From: Alphaproteobacteria bacterium | GTDB lineage: Bacteria > Pseudomonadota > Alphaproteobacteria > UBA828 | DNA: 64,000 nucleotides | Assembly (NCBI GenBank): GCA_963422645.2 | Contig: CAXXVO010000006.1 | Location: forward strand, 96,001-160,000 | Direction of reading: 5' to 3' | Shown here: positions 1 to 10,606 of the stretch, piece by piece | Numbering within the stretch: position 1 is the first letter of the stretch | How the letters are laid out: every line of letters begins with the position of its first letter | The notes under the pieces: generated by a model | Database searches by the model: none | Seen by the model: the letters and a program-made list of their open reading frames with translations, nothing else | What the model was told of the DNA's origin: nothing | Program-made: the position numbers and the translations under genes

Positions 1-218
1 TCGACGTCGGCGGCGCTTCGCTCATGTACCCCCGCGATCCCGCCGGACCCGCCGCCGAGACGATCAACTGCGGATGCCAGTCGCTGCCATGGATGGAAAG
101 CTGGGAGGTCGAGAACCCCGGGCGAAAGCCGTTCTCCGACGAGGAGATCGCACGCGACCCGCGGCGCGCCGATCTCGAAGGGAAGGAGGCCGGCGCGGGG
201 ACAACGCCGGCATCGTAG
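1..218 (+). CDS. Phage head morphogenesis protein (Mu gpF/SPP1 gp7-like), 3' end only
   Basis: C-terminal motif LMYPRDPAGPAAETINCGC resembles the NCxC motif of gpF-family proteins; ORF enters from the window edge. Confidence 0.65.
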   Translation, partial: DVGGASLMYPRDPAGPAAETINCGCQSLPWMESWEVENPGRKPFSDEEIARDPRRADLEGKEAGAGTTPAS

Positions 219-339
219 ACCGGGCGAGGCGAAGCCCCGCGCCGCACCCCGATTTACCGGCGAATCCGCACCCCCGGAACCGCCCCGATTTACAGGCCTT
301 TCAGCACCCCTGAAACGCCCCGAAAATCACCGTTTCCAG

Positions 340-488
340 CCAATTCACGGCCCTTTCCGGGCCGGATTCGCAAAGACTTTCGTCCGGCCCGCCAGACCCC
401 GGAAACGCCGCCAACCCCTTGACCGTCCGCCATCTTCCGCCTTCTTCCCGGCATCTTCCGGATTCGCAATGACTTTCGTCCCCCTACA
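340..488. mobile_element. Mu-like/Tn7-style transposable element end
   Basis: CCGGATTCGCAA(A/T)GACTTTCGTCC at 362-385 and 458-481; terminal CTACA at 484-488; IS sequence begins abruptly at 489. Confidence 0.7.
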
Positions 489-2867
489 CCAATTGCACGG
501 GGTCTCAACCATGCCCAGTACCCTCCCAATGTGCCCTCCAGAGGCGGTCTCGATCGGCAACAGCTGCTTCGCCGTCCTGATCTCGGACGACACCTTCACC
601 TACTTTTCCAACCTCATTCCCTTTGACAGCCACGCCGCCGATGACCGCACGGCCATGCTCTTGCGGATCGGCCGCCTCGCGGCGATCAGCGCGGTCTCGC
701 CGCAGGAACTGGCTGACGCTTTCGCTGTCTCGCGCGCGACGGTGCAGCGCGCACGACGGCGCTACCTGGCCGAGGGCGAAGCGGGGTTCATGAAGCCCCG
801 GCGCGGTCGCGGGCCGTCGGTGTTCACTCCGGAGTTGGCGGAGAAGGCGACGGCGTTGCTGGCATCGGGCCTGAGCGGCTCTGCGGCGGCCCGGGTTCTC
901 GGCGTGTCAGCGCCATCGGTCAACAAGTGGCGCCGTCAGGGACTGATCGGCAACACGGAGGCGGATGGGGAGCCCGGACGCTCAGCGCTGGCTGCGCCGC
1001 CTGACGCGGGTGCGGCTCCTGAAGGCCGTGTCGATGAAGAGAGTACCGGTGCCCCGGGGCCGGAGACGGCGCCGGGGCTGGAAGCGCAGCCGCAAACGGA
1101 TCGCAGCGCGCGCGATCGGCGGGACCGGCAGGCGCCGATGGGGCGTGCGACTTGCGATGTTCCGGCTCGGGTTCTGGCCAGTTGTGGACAGGCGGGGCCG
1201 GTCGAACCGCAGTTCGCCGCCGCCGCCCGCGGTGTCCGCTTCGGCGGCGTGCTCGCCGCCCTGCCGGCCCTGCTGAAGGAAGGTCTTCTCTCCGAGACCG
1301 GTCTCCTGCCATTGCTGCCGAAGGGCTATTACGGCTTGCCTACGATCCTGCTCTTCCTGGCCTTCATGACCTTGGCGCGGGTGCGCAACCCCGAGAGCCT
1401 GCGCTACCAGGCGCCGGGCGAATGGGGCGCCATTCTCGGCCTCGATCGCTGCCCCGAGGTCAAGACGCTGCGCCGCAAGATCGCTCTCATCGCCGACGAC
1501 GAGGCCGGCGTGCGGGCGTGGCAGCTCGCCCTTGCCAGGCGCTGGCAGGCCGACGAGCCGGAGCTCTGGGCGACGCTGGCCATCGACGGGCACGTCAAGG
1601 TCTACTCCGGCCGCAAGGGGCGCTTGCCCAAGCACTTCGTCTCGCGCGAGAAGCTGTGCCTGCCGGCGAGCGCCAGCTACTGGATCAACGCTCTGGGCGG
1701 CAAGCCGCTGCTCTGTCTGCACAAGCCGCTGGACCCGAAGATGGTCGCGGCCATCGAAGCCGACGTGGTGCCGGCGCTGCAGGAGCTTGGGATCGTTGGC
1801 GCCGGGGCGCCGGACCTGACCGCCGAGCATCCCGGCCAGCCGGCGCTCACCCTGGTCTTCGACCGCGAGGGCTGGAGCCCGGATCTGTTCCGCCGGCTGG
1901 CGAGGCGCGGCGTCGCCTGCCTGACCTGGCACAAGAACTTCAGGGGCGAGGACTGGCCGGCCGAGGACTTCGGCGCGATGACCGTTCCCATTCACGGACC
2001 GGCGGCGGACGGCAGCGCCACCATGCGGCTGGCTGAGAAGCCGGTGACGTTGCCGAACGGCTTCAGGGTGCGCCAGATCCGCCGCCTGCTCGACAACGGC
2101 CGTCAGGTGCCGCTGATCACCACCGATCCGCACAAGCCGATGGCTGAGGTTGCGGGCGCCATGTTCTCGCGCTGGTCGCAGGAGAACTTCTTCAAGTACA
2201 TGCGTGACGAGTTCAATCTCGACGCCCTGCCGACCCACGAGCTCGAGCCTCTCGATCCCGCCGCCATGGTCGTCAACCCGCTGCGGCGGGCCTATGACAA
2301 GGCAATCCATCGCCTCGACCGCCAGCTTGGCCGCCTGCGCAACCGCATCGCCGACACGGCCCGGAAGAAGCAGCCGACGGCGGAACTCAGGAGGGAAGTC
2401 AGGGACCTCCAGGATGTCCGCGACATCGTCAGGGCCAGCCGCAGGGAGACGCCCAAGCACTGCCGGGCCGGCGACCTCGACGAAGCCGAGCAGCTCGATG
2501 CCTTGCCCGCGCGCGAGCGCCTCCTCCTCGACGTCATCCGGATGATCGCCTACCGCGCCGAAACCCGCATGATGCTTCCCGTCATGCAGGCGCAGGGCCA
2601 CAAGCCCCATCCCCGGAAACTGCTTCAAGCGCTGCTCACCGCCGATGCCGACATCCTGCCGGATCCTGGCAATGGCCTCCTGCGGGTCCACATTCTTGGC
2701 CTCGCAAACGACGCCTGCGACCGTTGGATCGATGCGGTTCTGAGCGACCTGAACGCCACCGAAACGGTCTTCCCCGGCACCCGTCTGCGCATAGTCTACG
2801 ACATCGACGGGGCCTCGGAATCCGCGCGGCTCGTGTCACCTAAAATCAGCAGAGGTCAGGAAGTCTG
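489..2867 (+). mobile_element. Unclassified IS (ISNCY-like) copy 1, left end removed at the Mu-like junction
   Basis: Matches copy 2 from CCAATTGCACGG onward; right IR GAGGTCAGGAAGTCTG ends at 2867. Confidence 0.8.
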
Positions 2868-2868
2868 A
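511..2868 (+). CDS. Large putative DDE transposase with N-terminal HTH motifs
   Basis: HTH-like segments; motifs IDGHVKVY, LVFDREGW, RWSQENFFKY; duplicated at 18465-20469 between terminal IRs. Confidence 0.8.
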   Translation: MPSTLPMCPPEAVSIGNSCFAVLISDDTFTYFSNLIPFDSHAADDRTAMLLRIGRLAAISAVSPQELADAFAVSRATVQRARRRYLAEGEAGFMKPRRGRGPSVFTPELAEKATALLASGLSGSAAARVLGVSAPSVNKWRRQGLIGNTEADGEPGRSALAAPPDAGAAPEGRVDEESTGAPGPETAPGLEAQPQTDRSARDRRDRQAPMGRATCDVPARVLASCGQAGPVEPQFAAAARGVRFGGVLAALPALLKEGLLSETGLLPLLPKGYYGLPTILLFLAFMTLARVRNPESLRYQAPGEWGAILGLDRCPEVKTLRRKIALIADDEAGVRAWQLALARRWQADEPELWATLAIDGHVKVYSGRKGRLPKHFVSREKLCLPASASYWINALGGKPLLCLHKPLDPKMVAAIEADVVPALQELGIVGAGAPDLTAEHPGQPALTLVFDREGWSPDLFRRLARRGVACLTWHKNFRGEDWPAEDFGAMTVPIHGPAADGSATMRLAEKPVTLPNGFRVRQIRRLLDNGRQVPLITTDPHKPMAEVAGAMFSRWSQENFFKYMRDEFNLDALPTHELEPLDPAAMVVNPLRRAYDKAIHRLDRQLGRLRNRIADTARKKQPTAELRREVRDLQDVRDIVRASRRETPKHCRAGDLDEAEQLDALPARERLLLDVIRMIAYRAETRMMLPVMQAQGHKPHPRKLLQALLTADADILPDPGNGLLRVHILGLANDACDRWIDAVLSDLNATETVFPGTRLRIVYDIDGASESARLVSPKISRGQEV

Positions 2869-3362
2869 ACATATTGATCGAGCTCGACGGGCGGCCGGCA
2901 CTGGACGTCTTCAAGGGGGAGATCGGCGAGGAGCTCGCCAGCGATCTCCGCCGGGTCGGCGGCCTCATCTTCGCTTCGCTCCCGGTCTCGGGCAGCGACA
3001 CCGGCGACTACCTGGTGCGCAACATCGTGGGCTTCGACGTCGACCGCGGTCTGATCGGCATCGGCGAGCTGGTGGAGCGCGGCACCCAGCTGCAGTTCTG
3101 CCGCCGCGATGCGGCTGCCGCAGAGCACGACCTCGGCCGCATGGTGGAGTCGGTGAAGCGCCGGGCCGGCGCCGAGCCGCGCGGCGCCCTCTATTTCACC
3201 TGCCTCGCCCGCGGCCCCAACATGTTCGGCGAAGCCTCCGAGGAGCTGCGGCTGATCGAACGCACTCTCGGTGACGTGCCCTTGGTGGGCTTCTTCTGCA
3301 ACGGCGAGATTTCGCACAACCGGCTCTACGGCTACACAGGCGTCCTGACCCTCTTCCCATAG
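2868..3362 (+). pseudogene. FIST C-terminal domain protein, 5'-truncated at the IS boundary
   Basis: NILIELDGRPAL...CLARG...GFFCNGEI motifs; no N-terminal FIST domain; abuts the IS right end. Confidence 0.75.
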
Positions 3363-3371
3363 GTCGGCCGG

Positions 3372-4391
3372 CTACGCCCTGAGATACGCCTCCGCCAGCC
3401 TGCACGCGAGTTGGGCAACTTCGGGCGCGAGGGCCTGCGCGCTGGCGGTCTCGGACCGCGTATGAACCCAGCCCAGATAGCTGAAGGCGCGCGCGAGCTC
3501 GAAGAGCGGCATATGGGCGAGCTCTTCGTCCGGCAGGTCGCGCTCGCTGAGGTAGCCTTCGACGACGCCGGCACGGATCTCCTCAGCGATCTCGCTGCCG
3601 TGATAGATCGTCCAGACCGTCGCCAGGTCGAAGAGATGCCAGCCGAAACCGCAATCGTCGAAGTCGAGGGGGATCACCCGGTCGCCGTCGAGCAGCATGT
3701 TGTCGAGGTTGAAGTCGGCGTGGATCAGCCCGTATTGCCGCGGTGAGCGGCCGTAGGCCGTCAGCGCCTCGTCGACGCTGGCGCGCGCGCGATCGATCAG
3801 GCGGCGCTCCTCGGTGTCGAGCACGGCGGCTTCCCAGAACCGACCCCAGAGAGGTTCCGGGCCTACGAGCCCCTCGCGGTCCCAGGCATGGCGGGTGAAA
3901 GCGGCGGGCAGGGTCCACGCCTCGGTCTGGTTGTGAAGACGGGCGCAAAGCCGGCCGACCCCGACGAAGACCGCGTGCACGTCATGGATTGCCGGGTTCA
4001 GGCCTTCCTCCAGGGTACCGATGGGGATACCCGGCATCCAGGTCAGCATGTCCACCTGGCGCGGTTCCGGCACGCCTGCGCTCTGCACTGTCTCGAAGCG
4101 CTCGCCGGCGGCGCTCAGGATCACCGCCGCCACGTCGATGCCCTCGGCGTGCAGCGCCTCCATCCAGGCAAGCTCGGAGCGGAGCGCCGCATCGCTATGG
4201 TAGCCGTGGCGGTGAATGCGGAGCACCGCGGGGCTTCCGTCCGCTGCGACCACCCGGAAGACCGCATTCTCGCGATACTTGACGATCTCGGGCTCGTAAT
4301 CCTCCACGCCCCAGCGCAGCAGCGCGTCTCTTGCAAGCGCGCGCAGGCGCTCGGCCCGCTCATGGAGCGGCAGGCGATAGAAATCGGTCAT
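3372..4391 (-). CDS. APH-family phosphotransferase (homoserine kinase type II / hydroxylysine kinase-like)
   Basis: RENAVF, LIHADFNLDN, LDFDDCG motifs. Confidence 0.8.
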   Translation of the reverse strand: MTDFYRLPLHERAERLRALARDALLRWGVEDYEPEIVKYRENAVFRVVAADGSPAVLRIHRHGYHSDAALRSELAWMEALHAEGIDVAAVILSAAGERFETVQSAGVPEPRQVDMLTWMPGIPIGTLEEGLNPAIHDVHAVFVGVGRLCARLHNQTEAWTLPAAFTRHAWDREGLVGPEPLWGRFWEAAVLDTEERRLIDRARASVDEALTAYGRSPRQYGLIHADFNLDNMLLDGDRVIPLDFDDCGFGWHLFDLATVWTIYHGSEIAEEIRAGVVEGYLSERDLPDEELAHMPLFELARAFSYLGWVHTRSETASAQALAPEVAQLACRLAEAYLRA

Positions 4392-4401
4392 GGGCGCCCT
4401 G

Positions 4402-5658
4402 TTACGCGAGCGAATCGAGGGTCTCGTCAAGGGCTGCGAGAAGCTGATCCGCATCCGCCGCGGAGAAGGGCATGGGCGGGCGTATCTTGAGCACATGGTC
4501 GTGCCGCCCGGTGCGGCTGATCAGCACGCCCCGCTCGCGCATCTCGTTCACGGCGGCCTTGGTCAGCTCCGGCGCCGGCGTTTCTCGATCTCCGTCGGCG
4601 AAGAAGGGAACGCCTGTGAAGAAGCCCCGCCCGCGCGGTGCGCCGATCACGGCGTGCTTGTTGCCGAGAGCGAGCAGCCCCTCCTGTAGATGCTGGCCGA
4701 CCTTGCGCGCATTCTCCATCAGGCCTTCCTGCTCGATCACTTCAAGCACCGCGTGCCCCACCGCGCAGGAAACTGGATTGCCGCCGAAAGTGTTGAAATA
4801 CATTGCTTTCTCCGCAAAACCGTCGATCAACGCCGGCTGGGCGACGACGGCGGCCAAGGGATGGCCGTTGCCGAGCGGCTTGCCCAGGGTCACGAGGTCC
4901 GGCACGGCGTCGTAGAGCTGATGCCCCCACATGCCCGCTCCGGTACGACCGAGGCCCGGCTGGACCTCGTCCGCGATGTAGAGCCCGCCGGCTTCGCGGG
5001 TAAGGGCGACAGCCTGCTCCACGTAACCCTCGGGCACCGCCGGCATACCCTCGGTCGCGAATATCGTGTCGAAGAAGATCGCTGCAGGCTTCATGCCGGC
5101 CTCGGCCATCGAGGCGATGGCGGCCTCCACCTCGGCCGCCGCCTCGGCCGGGTCATCATCGGCCTCAGGCACCCTGATCGTGCGCACCCTGGGGTCGATC
5201 CCCTCGGGCATCTCGAACGCGGTGCAAAGCCCGGCAACCACGGCGGAGTTCCCGTGGTAGCAGAAGTCGGTGACGATGACGCCTTCGTTGCCCGTGCAGG
5301 CGCGGGCGATTCTGAGCGCGAGCTCGCTGGCCTCGGTGCCCGCGCAGACCAGCGAGACGCGGGAGAGCTCGTCCGCAAAGGTTGCCGTCAGGGCCTCGCC
5401 GTAGTCGAGGATGCGCTCGTCCAGATAGCGGGTGGAGAGATTGAGCCGACCGGCCTGGTCCGCCAGTGCCTGCACCACATGGGGATGGCAATGGCCGACG
5501 TGGGGCACGTTGTTGTAGGCGTCGAGATAGACGCGCCCGTCGCTGTCCCAGACCCGGGCCCCCTCCCCCTTCACCAGGTGCAGCGGCCGGTCGTAGAAGA
5601 GCGGCGCGCCGGCACCGAGCAGCCGATGCCGGCGTTCAAGTAGCGTGTCGTCAGACAT
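4402..5658 (-). CDS. Class III PLP aminotransferase (phospho-lyase-like)
   Basis: YLDAYNNVPHVGH, DEVQPGLGRTG, TLGKPLGNG, YFNTFGGNP motifs. Confidence 0.85.
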   Translation of the reverse strand: MSDDTLLERRHRLLGAGAPLFYDRPLHLVKGEGARVWDSDGRVYLDAYNNVPHVGHCHPHVVQALADQAGRLNLSTRYLDERILDYGEALTATFADELSRVSLVCAGTEASELALRIARACTGNEGVIVTDFCYHGNSAVVAGLCTAFEMPEGIDPRVRTIRVPEADDDPAEAAAEVEAAIASMAEAGMKPAAIFFDTIFATEGMPAVPEGYVEQAVALTREAGGLYIADEVQPGLGRTGAGMWGHQLYDAVPDLVTLGKPLGNGHPLAAVVAQPALIDGFAEKAMYFNTFGGNPVSCAVGHAVLEVIEQEGLMENARKVGQHLQEGLLALGNKHAVIGAPRGRGFFTGVPFFADGDRETPAPELTKAAVNEMRERGVLISRTGRHDHVLKIRPPMPFSAADADQLLAALDETLDSLA

Positions 5659-5756
5659 GGTCGGGATCCTCACGTGACGGCCGGTGGAGCCTCGGCCGCT
5701 CTTCGATGGGACGGTTCACCTTTACCCGCGGGCACGGGCCGGGCTAGAGACATGCG

Positions 5757-6524
5757 ATGAGCATTACGGTCACGGCGCGCGGCGTGGTCAAGGCGTTCGA
5801 CGGCAGGCCGGTGCTGCGCGGGGTCGATCTCGACGTTCCGGAAGGGCGCTCGACCGTGCTGGTCGGTGCCTCGTCGAGCGGCAAGTCTGTGTTGCTGAAG
5901 TGCCTGCTCGGGCTGATGCCGATGGATGGCGGCTCCGTGCGCTACGGCGACACCGATCTCGCGACTCTCGACAAGAGTGAGCTGGAGCGCCTGATGCGCG
6001 ACGTGGGCGTTCTGTTTCAGCAGAACGCCCTCTTCGACAGCCTCACCGTGTGGGAGAACGTGGCCTTCACCCTGATACACGGCCAGGGGATGGCCCGCCG
6101 GGCCGCCAGGCAGCGGGCGCTGGAGACCATCGCTTCGGTAGGCCTGAAGCCGGAGGTCGCCGAGCTTTCGCCGGCCGAGCTTTCCGGCGGCATGCAGAAG
6201 CGCGTCGCGGTGGGCCGCGCGATCGCCGCCGAACCCCGCTTCCTCGTGCTCGACGATCCGACCGCCGGTCTCGACCCGATCCTGACCGGAACGATCGTCT
6301 CGCTCATTCGGGGCGCCATCGAACGAAGCGGCGCGACCGCGCTCACGGTCACGAGCGACATGAGCGTCGCGCGGGAGAGCTTCGACCGGCTCGCCATGCT
6401 GCATAACGGCGCCATCGTCTGGCAGGGCGAGGCCGCCGAGAGCGACGAGAGCGGCAGCGCCCACCTGGATCAACTGATCAACCAGCGCGCGGACGGCCCG
6501 ATCCGGATGCGCATCACCGCCTGA
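5757..6524 (+). CDS. ABC transporter ATP-binding protein (MlaF-like)
   Basis: GASSSGKS Walker A, LFQQNALFDSL, LSGGMQKRVA; Walker B/H-loop atypical (LDDP, VTSD). Confidence 0.8.
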   Translation: MSITVTARGVVKAFDGRPVLRGVDLDVPEGRSTVLVGASSSGKSVLLKCLLGLMPMDGGSVRYGDTDLATLDKSELERLMRDVGVLFQQNALFDSLTVWENVAFTLIHGQGMARRAARQRALETIASVGLKPEVAELSPAELSGGMQKRVAVGRAIAAEPRFLVLDDPTAGLDPILTGTIVSLIRGAIERSGATALTVTSDMSVARESFDRLAMLHNGAIVWQGEAAESDESGSAHLDQLINQRADGPIRMRITA

Positions 6525-6569
6525 GCGCGCGGCACCTGCGGTCAAGCGGCCAGGGGATGGCCCGCCGCG

Positions 6570-7970
6570 TCAGCGGATCAGCAGGAAGAGCGCCCCCTCG
6601 CCTCGCCTGACGTTCAGCAGGATGGGAAGGCCGGTCTCCTCCACCACCGCCACGATCTCGTCGGGCTCGCGCACTTCGCGCCGGTTGACCTGGACGATGA
6701 CATCGTCCGCACGCAGGCCGGCCTCCCAGGCCGGCGTGCCTTCCTCGACCTCGATGACCAGCACCCCCTCCACCTCTTCGTAGAGCGGCGACGAGGGGTC
6801 GATCGGACCGAGCACGACGCCCTTCAACTCCGGTACTTGGCTGCCAGGGCCGAGGGCGACCTTTCCAGCCTCGCCGACCGCAAGATCGATGGTCATGGAT
6901 TCGCCGTCTCGCACGAGGGTCAGCTGAACCGCATCGCCCACCCGCAGCATGCCGACCTTGTTGCGCAGATCGGCAGAGCCCGTGACGGGATCGCCGTTCA
7001 TCTCGACGACCACGTCACCACGCTGAATCCCGGCCGTCTCCGCCGGCGTGTCGGGTAACACCTGGGCGACCAGAGCGCCCTTCTGATAGGTGGTCCCGAG
7101 CGCCTCGGCGATTTCGGGAGTGAGGTCCTGAATCTGCACGCCGATGCGGCCGCGCTGGATCTCGCCGTGGGTCAGCAGCTGGTCCATGACCTGACGCGCC
7201 ATATTGATCGGGATGGCGAAGCCGATACCGATATTGCCGCCGCCCCCGGTGAAAATTGCGGTGTTGATGCCGACGAGCTCGCCCTTGAGGTTGATGAGCG
7301 CACCGCCCGAGTTGCCGACATTGATGGCAGCGTCGGTCTGAATGAAGTCCTGGTAGGAATCGGGGCCGAGGCGAAGGCCGGAGCGGCCGATGGCGCTCAC
7401 GATTCCGGCGGTGACGGTCTGGCCGAGGCCGAAGGGGTTGCCGATGGCGACGACGTAGTCGCCGACCTGCAAGCCGTCCGAGTTCGCAAGCGGCATGGCA
7501 GAAAGCAAATCGGCATCGATCTTGAGCAACGCGACATCCGTCTCCGGGTCGGCGCCCACCAGCTCGGCCTTGAACACGCGGCGGTCGGTCAGCGTGACGG
7601 TAATCTCATCCCCGACTTCGACGACGTGATTGTTGGTGAGCAGGTAGCCGTTCTCCGAATCCACGATCACGCCGGAGCCCAGTGCGCTGGGCCGCCGCAT
7701 CTGCGGGCGCCGGCGCTCGAATTCGCGATCGCCGAAGAATTCCTTGAAGAAGGGATGATCGAAGAAGGGATGCGGCTGCTGCGGCTGCGACTCTGTCTGC
7801 TTCGGCGTGCCCGTGACCTGGATATTGACCACCGCGGGCCCGATCTCCTTCACCAGCGGCGCGAGCGAGGGCATCTCTTCAGCCGCCACGTGCGCGTGTG
7901 CCGGCGGGGCCGCGATGACAAGGGTCAGCGCGAGCAGAAAGGGCGTGAGCAAGGGCAGCAGGAAGCGCAT
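6570..7970 (-). CDS. degQ: HtrA/DegQ-family periplasmic serine protease with two PDZ domains
   Basis: Signal peptide; TNNHV, DVALL, GNSGGAL catalytic motifs; GGAGG RBS upstream of the ATG at 7970. Confidence 0.85.
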   Translation of the reverse strand: MRFLLPLLTPFLLALTLVIAAPPAHAHVAAEEMPSLAPLVKEIGPAVVNIQVTGTPKQTESQPQQPHPFFDHPFFKEFFGDREFERRRPQMRRPSALGSGVIVDSENGYLLTNNHVVEVGDEITVTLTDRRVFKAELVGADPETDVALLKIDADLLSAMPLANSDGLQVGDYVVAIGNPFGLGQTVTAGIVSAIGRSGLRLGPDSYQDFIQTDAAINVGNSGGALINLKGELVGINTAIFTGGGGNIGIGFAIPINMARQVMDQLLTHGEIQRGRIGVQIQDLTPEIAEALGTTYQKGALVAQVLPDTPAETAGIQRGDVVVEMNGDPVTGSADLRNKVGMLRVGDAVQLTLVRDGESMTIDLAVGEAGKVALGPGSQVPELKGVVLGPIDPSSPLYEEVEGVLVIEVEEGTPAWEAGLRADDVIVQVNRREVREPDEIVAVVEETGLPILLNVRRGEGALFLLIR

Positions 7971-8069
7971 CGATTCCTCCCTTGAATCGTTAGACCCCAA
8001 TGTGGCGATTATCTGGCGCAGGTCCAGCCCCAAAGAGCCGCAAAATTCGCGCCGAAGCGAAATCGCCGA

Positions 8070-9120
8070 ACCGCTTATGCACATGGCTCCGGTCGCGAGA
8101 GTTTGCCACCAGATGTTGAGGTTGAGGTTAGGGCGGGAGAACGGGTAGAATGTTGCCTATACGTTCCTGCCGACGGAGCCACCACATGAAACAGGTCGCC
8201 GACAGCCTCCTCGCCTTCCAGCACATGTTCCCGGACGATGACGCCTGCGCCGCCTGGCTGATCGAAATGCGCTGGCCGGACGGCTTCGTCTGTCCCGCGT
8301 GCGGCCATGAAAAGGGATGGGCGCTGCGCAGAAAAGCACACACCTTCGAGTGCGCCGGCTGCCGCCGGCAGACCTCGGTGACGGCCGGGACGATCCTGCA
8401 CGCCAGCAAGCTGCCGCTCACCGTCTGGTTCTGGGCCGCCTACCTGATGGCGACCCACTCCAACGGCATCTCTGCCCTGCAGCTCCAGAAACAGCTCGGT
8501 ATCGGCTCTTACCGCAGCGCTTGGCTGCTCGCCCACAAGCTGCGCGCCAGCATGGTCGACCCCGAGCGCAACCCGTTGTCGGGCCTGGTGGAAATCGACG
8601 AGGCCAGCCTTCCATTCCGGACCAAAGACGATCCTCCCACCGGAGGGCAAGGACGCAGCCACGACGGCAAGATGCTCATCGTCGGCGCCATCGAACTGGG
8701 GGATGGAACCATCCCGGGCCGCCTGCGGCTGGCCGAAATCTCCTCCTACGGCGCCGCCGACCTCGGACACTTCGTCGAAACCGCCGCCGATCCCGACGCC
8801 ATCGCGAAAACCGACGGCTGGTCCGGCTACGCTGCGGTCCCCGCCGATCGCCACAATGTCCATGTCGTCGGGAAGACCGCCGCTCACCTCGTCCTGCCGT
8901 GGATCCACCAAGTCTTCTCCAACCTCAAAGGATGGGCGCGAGGCGTCTACCACGGGCTGCGCCGCAAGCATCTGCAGGCCTATCTCGATGAGTTCGCCTT
9001 TCGCTTCAACCGCCGCAAAACCCGCCACGCTGCTTTCCGCTCGCTCTTCCGCATCGCCACCAATGCAAAACCCCTTACCTACAGCATGTTGATCGAACCG
9101 GAGCCATGTGCATAAGCGGT
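8070..9120 (+). mobile_element. IS1595-family element
   Basis: 24-bp perfect IRs ACCGCTTATGCACATGGCTCCGGT; 8-bp TSD ATCGCCGA at 8062-8069 and 9121-9128. Confidence 0.92.
8150..9115 (+). CDS. IS1595 transposase
   Basis: Zn ribbon CPAC/CAGC; [22 protein letters not shown] motifs; start may be 8186. Confidence 0.92.
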   Translation: MLPIRSCRRSHHMKQVADSLLAFQHMFPDDDACAAWLIEMRWPDGFVCPACGHEKGWALRRKAHTFECAGCRRQTSVTAGTILHASKLPLTVWFWAAYLMATHSNGISALQLQKQLGIGSYRSAWLLAHKLRASMVDPERNPLSGLVEIDEASLPFRTKDDPPTGGQGRSHDGKMLIVGAIELGDGTIPGRLRLAEISSYGAADLGHFVETAADPDAIAKTDGWSGYAAVPADRHNVHVVGKTAAHLVLPWIHQVFSNLKGWARGVYHGLRRKHLQAYLDEFAFRFNRRKTRHAAFRSLFRIATNAKPLTYSMLIEPEPCA

Positions 9121-9184
9121 ATCGCCGATAACGCCGCGCCCCGCGCGGAGCCGTGCTACGTTCGGGGCAACAGGAGGTCAGGCC

Positions 9185-10117
9185 GTGGCGAAGACGATTT
9201 ACTTCAGCCATCCCGTGTGCGCGGACCACGACCCCGGCGCGCGGCACCCGGAGTCGGGCGCGCGGTTGGGGGCGATCGAGGAGGCGCTCGCCGCCGACGA
9301 ATTCGCGGCGCTCGATCGCCGCGAAGCGCCGGTGGGCGAACCCGAGATCCTCGCCTGGGCGCACGACCAGCAGCTGGTGGACGCCATTCTCGCCAATGTG
9401 CCCGATGAAGGACGCGTCGCCATCGACGCCGACACGGTGATGTCGCCGGCCTCGGGCGAGGCGGCGCGGCGGGCGGCGGGCGCAGTCGCGGCTGCGGTGG
9501 ACGCGGTATTCGCCGGCGAGGCGGATAACGCATTCTGCGCGGTGCGCCCACCGGGCCACCATGCCGAGCCCCGCCGGCCGATGGGATTCTGCCTCTTCAA
9601 CAATGTCGTGATCGGGGCCGAGCGGGCGCGGCGCACCCACGGGCTGACACGCATCGCCGTGGTCGACTTCGACGTCCACCACGGCAACGGCACGCAAGTC
9701 GCGTTCGAGCAGGACGGCGACCTCTTCTTCGGCTCCACCCATCAATCGCCGCTCTATCCGGGCACAGGCGCGGCGAGCGAGACCGGCGTCGGCAACATCG
9801 TCAACGCGCCGCTCTCGGCGGGCACGGGCTCCGCTGGCTTCCGCGACGCGATGGAAAGCCGCCTGCTCCCGGCACTCCGCGATCACCGGCCGGAGTTGAT
9901 CCTGATTTCGGCCGGCTTCGATGCGCACCGCGACGATCCGCTGGCGAACCTGGAACTCGTCGAAGACGACTATCGCTGGATCACCACGGAATTGACCCGG
10001 CTTGCGGGAGAGGTGTGCGACGGGCGCGTGGTCTCGACCCTCGAAGGCGGCTACGACTTGCGCGCCCTCGGTGCCAGCGCAGCAGCCCACGTCGAGACGC
10101 TGATGGCCGCGGACTAA
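9185..10117 (+). CDS. Histone deacetylase family protein
   Basis: HPE, RPPGHHA, DFDVHHGNG, SAGFDAH, LEGGY motifs. Confidence 0.92.
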   Translation: MAKTIYFSHPVCADHDPGARHPESGARLGAIEEALAADEFAALDRREAPVGEPEILAWAHDQQLVDAILANVPDEGRVAIDADTVMSPASGEAARRAAGAVAAAVDAVFAGEADNAFCAVRPPGHHAEPRRPMGFCLFNNVVIGAERARRTHGLTRIAVVDFDVHHGNGTQVAFEQDGDLFFGSTHQSPLYPGTGAASETGVGNIVNAPLSAGTGSAGFRDAMESRLLPALRDHRPELILISAGFDAHRDDPLANLELVEDDYRWITTELTRLAGEVCDGRVVSTLEGGYDLRALGASAAAHVETLMAAD

Positions 10118-10129
10118 GCCTGGCTGGCC

Positions 10130-10429
10130 TCAGCCTGCGGCGTCCTCGTCCGGCGTGACGGTCTTGAGCGCCAGCGCGTGCACGTCGGTGCGCAACTCGT
10201 CTTCGAGCACCCTGTAGACCAGGCGCTGGCGAGCGACCCGGGAAAGACCCGCGAAGCGCCCCGAGGCGATCTCGACGGTGAAGTGGCTTTCGCCCTCGGG
10301 CCGCGCACCGACATGGCCGGCGTGTCGCGCGGAATCGTCCACGATGTCGAGGCGGCTCGGCGTGAGCGCCTCGCTCAGCTTTTGGCGGATCGCGGCCTGG
10401 ACCCGCCCGCCCTCACCCTCAATCGTCAT
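10130..10429 (-). CDS. bolA: BolA family protein
   Basis: DDSARHAGH, ESHF, RVARQRLVY, VHALAL motifs. Confidence 0.85.
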   Translation of the reverse strand: MTIEGEGGRVQAAIRQKLSEALTPSRLDIVDDSARHAGHVGARPEGESHFTVEIASGRFAGLSRVARQRLVYRVLEDELRTDVHALALKTVTPDEDAAG

Positions 10430-10465
10430 GCCTCGATCCGACTCCGATCCAGTCACCCCACACAT

Positions 10466-10560
10466 CGTCATGCCCGGATTTGTTCCGGGCATCCATCTCG
10501 GCCATATCCCTTGGAGGGTAGGCGGCTGCATGGATGGCCGGAACTAGTCCGGCCATGACG
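10466..10560. repeat. REP-like palindromic element
   Basis: CGTCATGCCCGGATTTGTTCCGGGCATCCA ... TGGATGGCCGGAACTAGTCCGGCCATGACG; inverted pair of internally palindromic units. Confidence 0.75.
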
Positions 10561-10606
10561 TGGTAAGGGCGCAGCGCAAAACCGTACGATCGTCTCGAGC
10601 GAGCCA

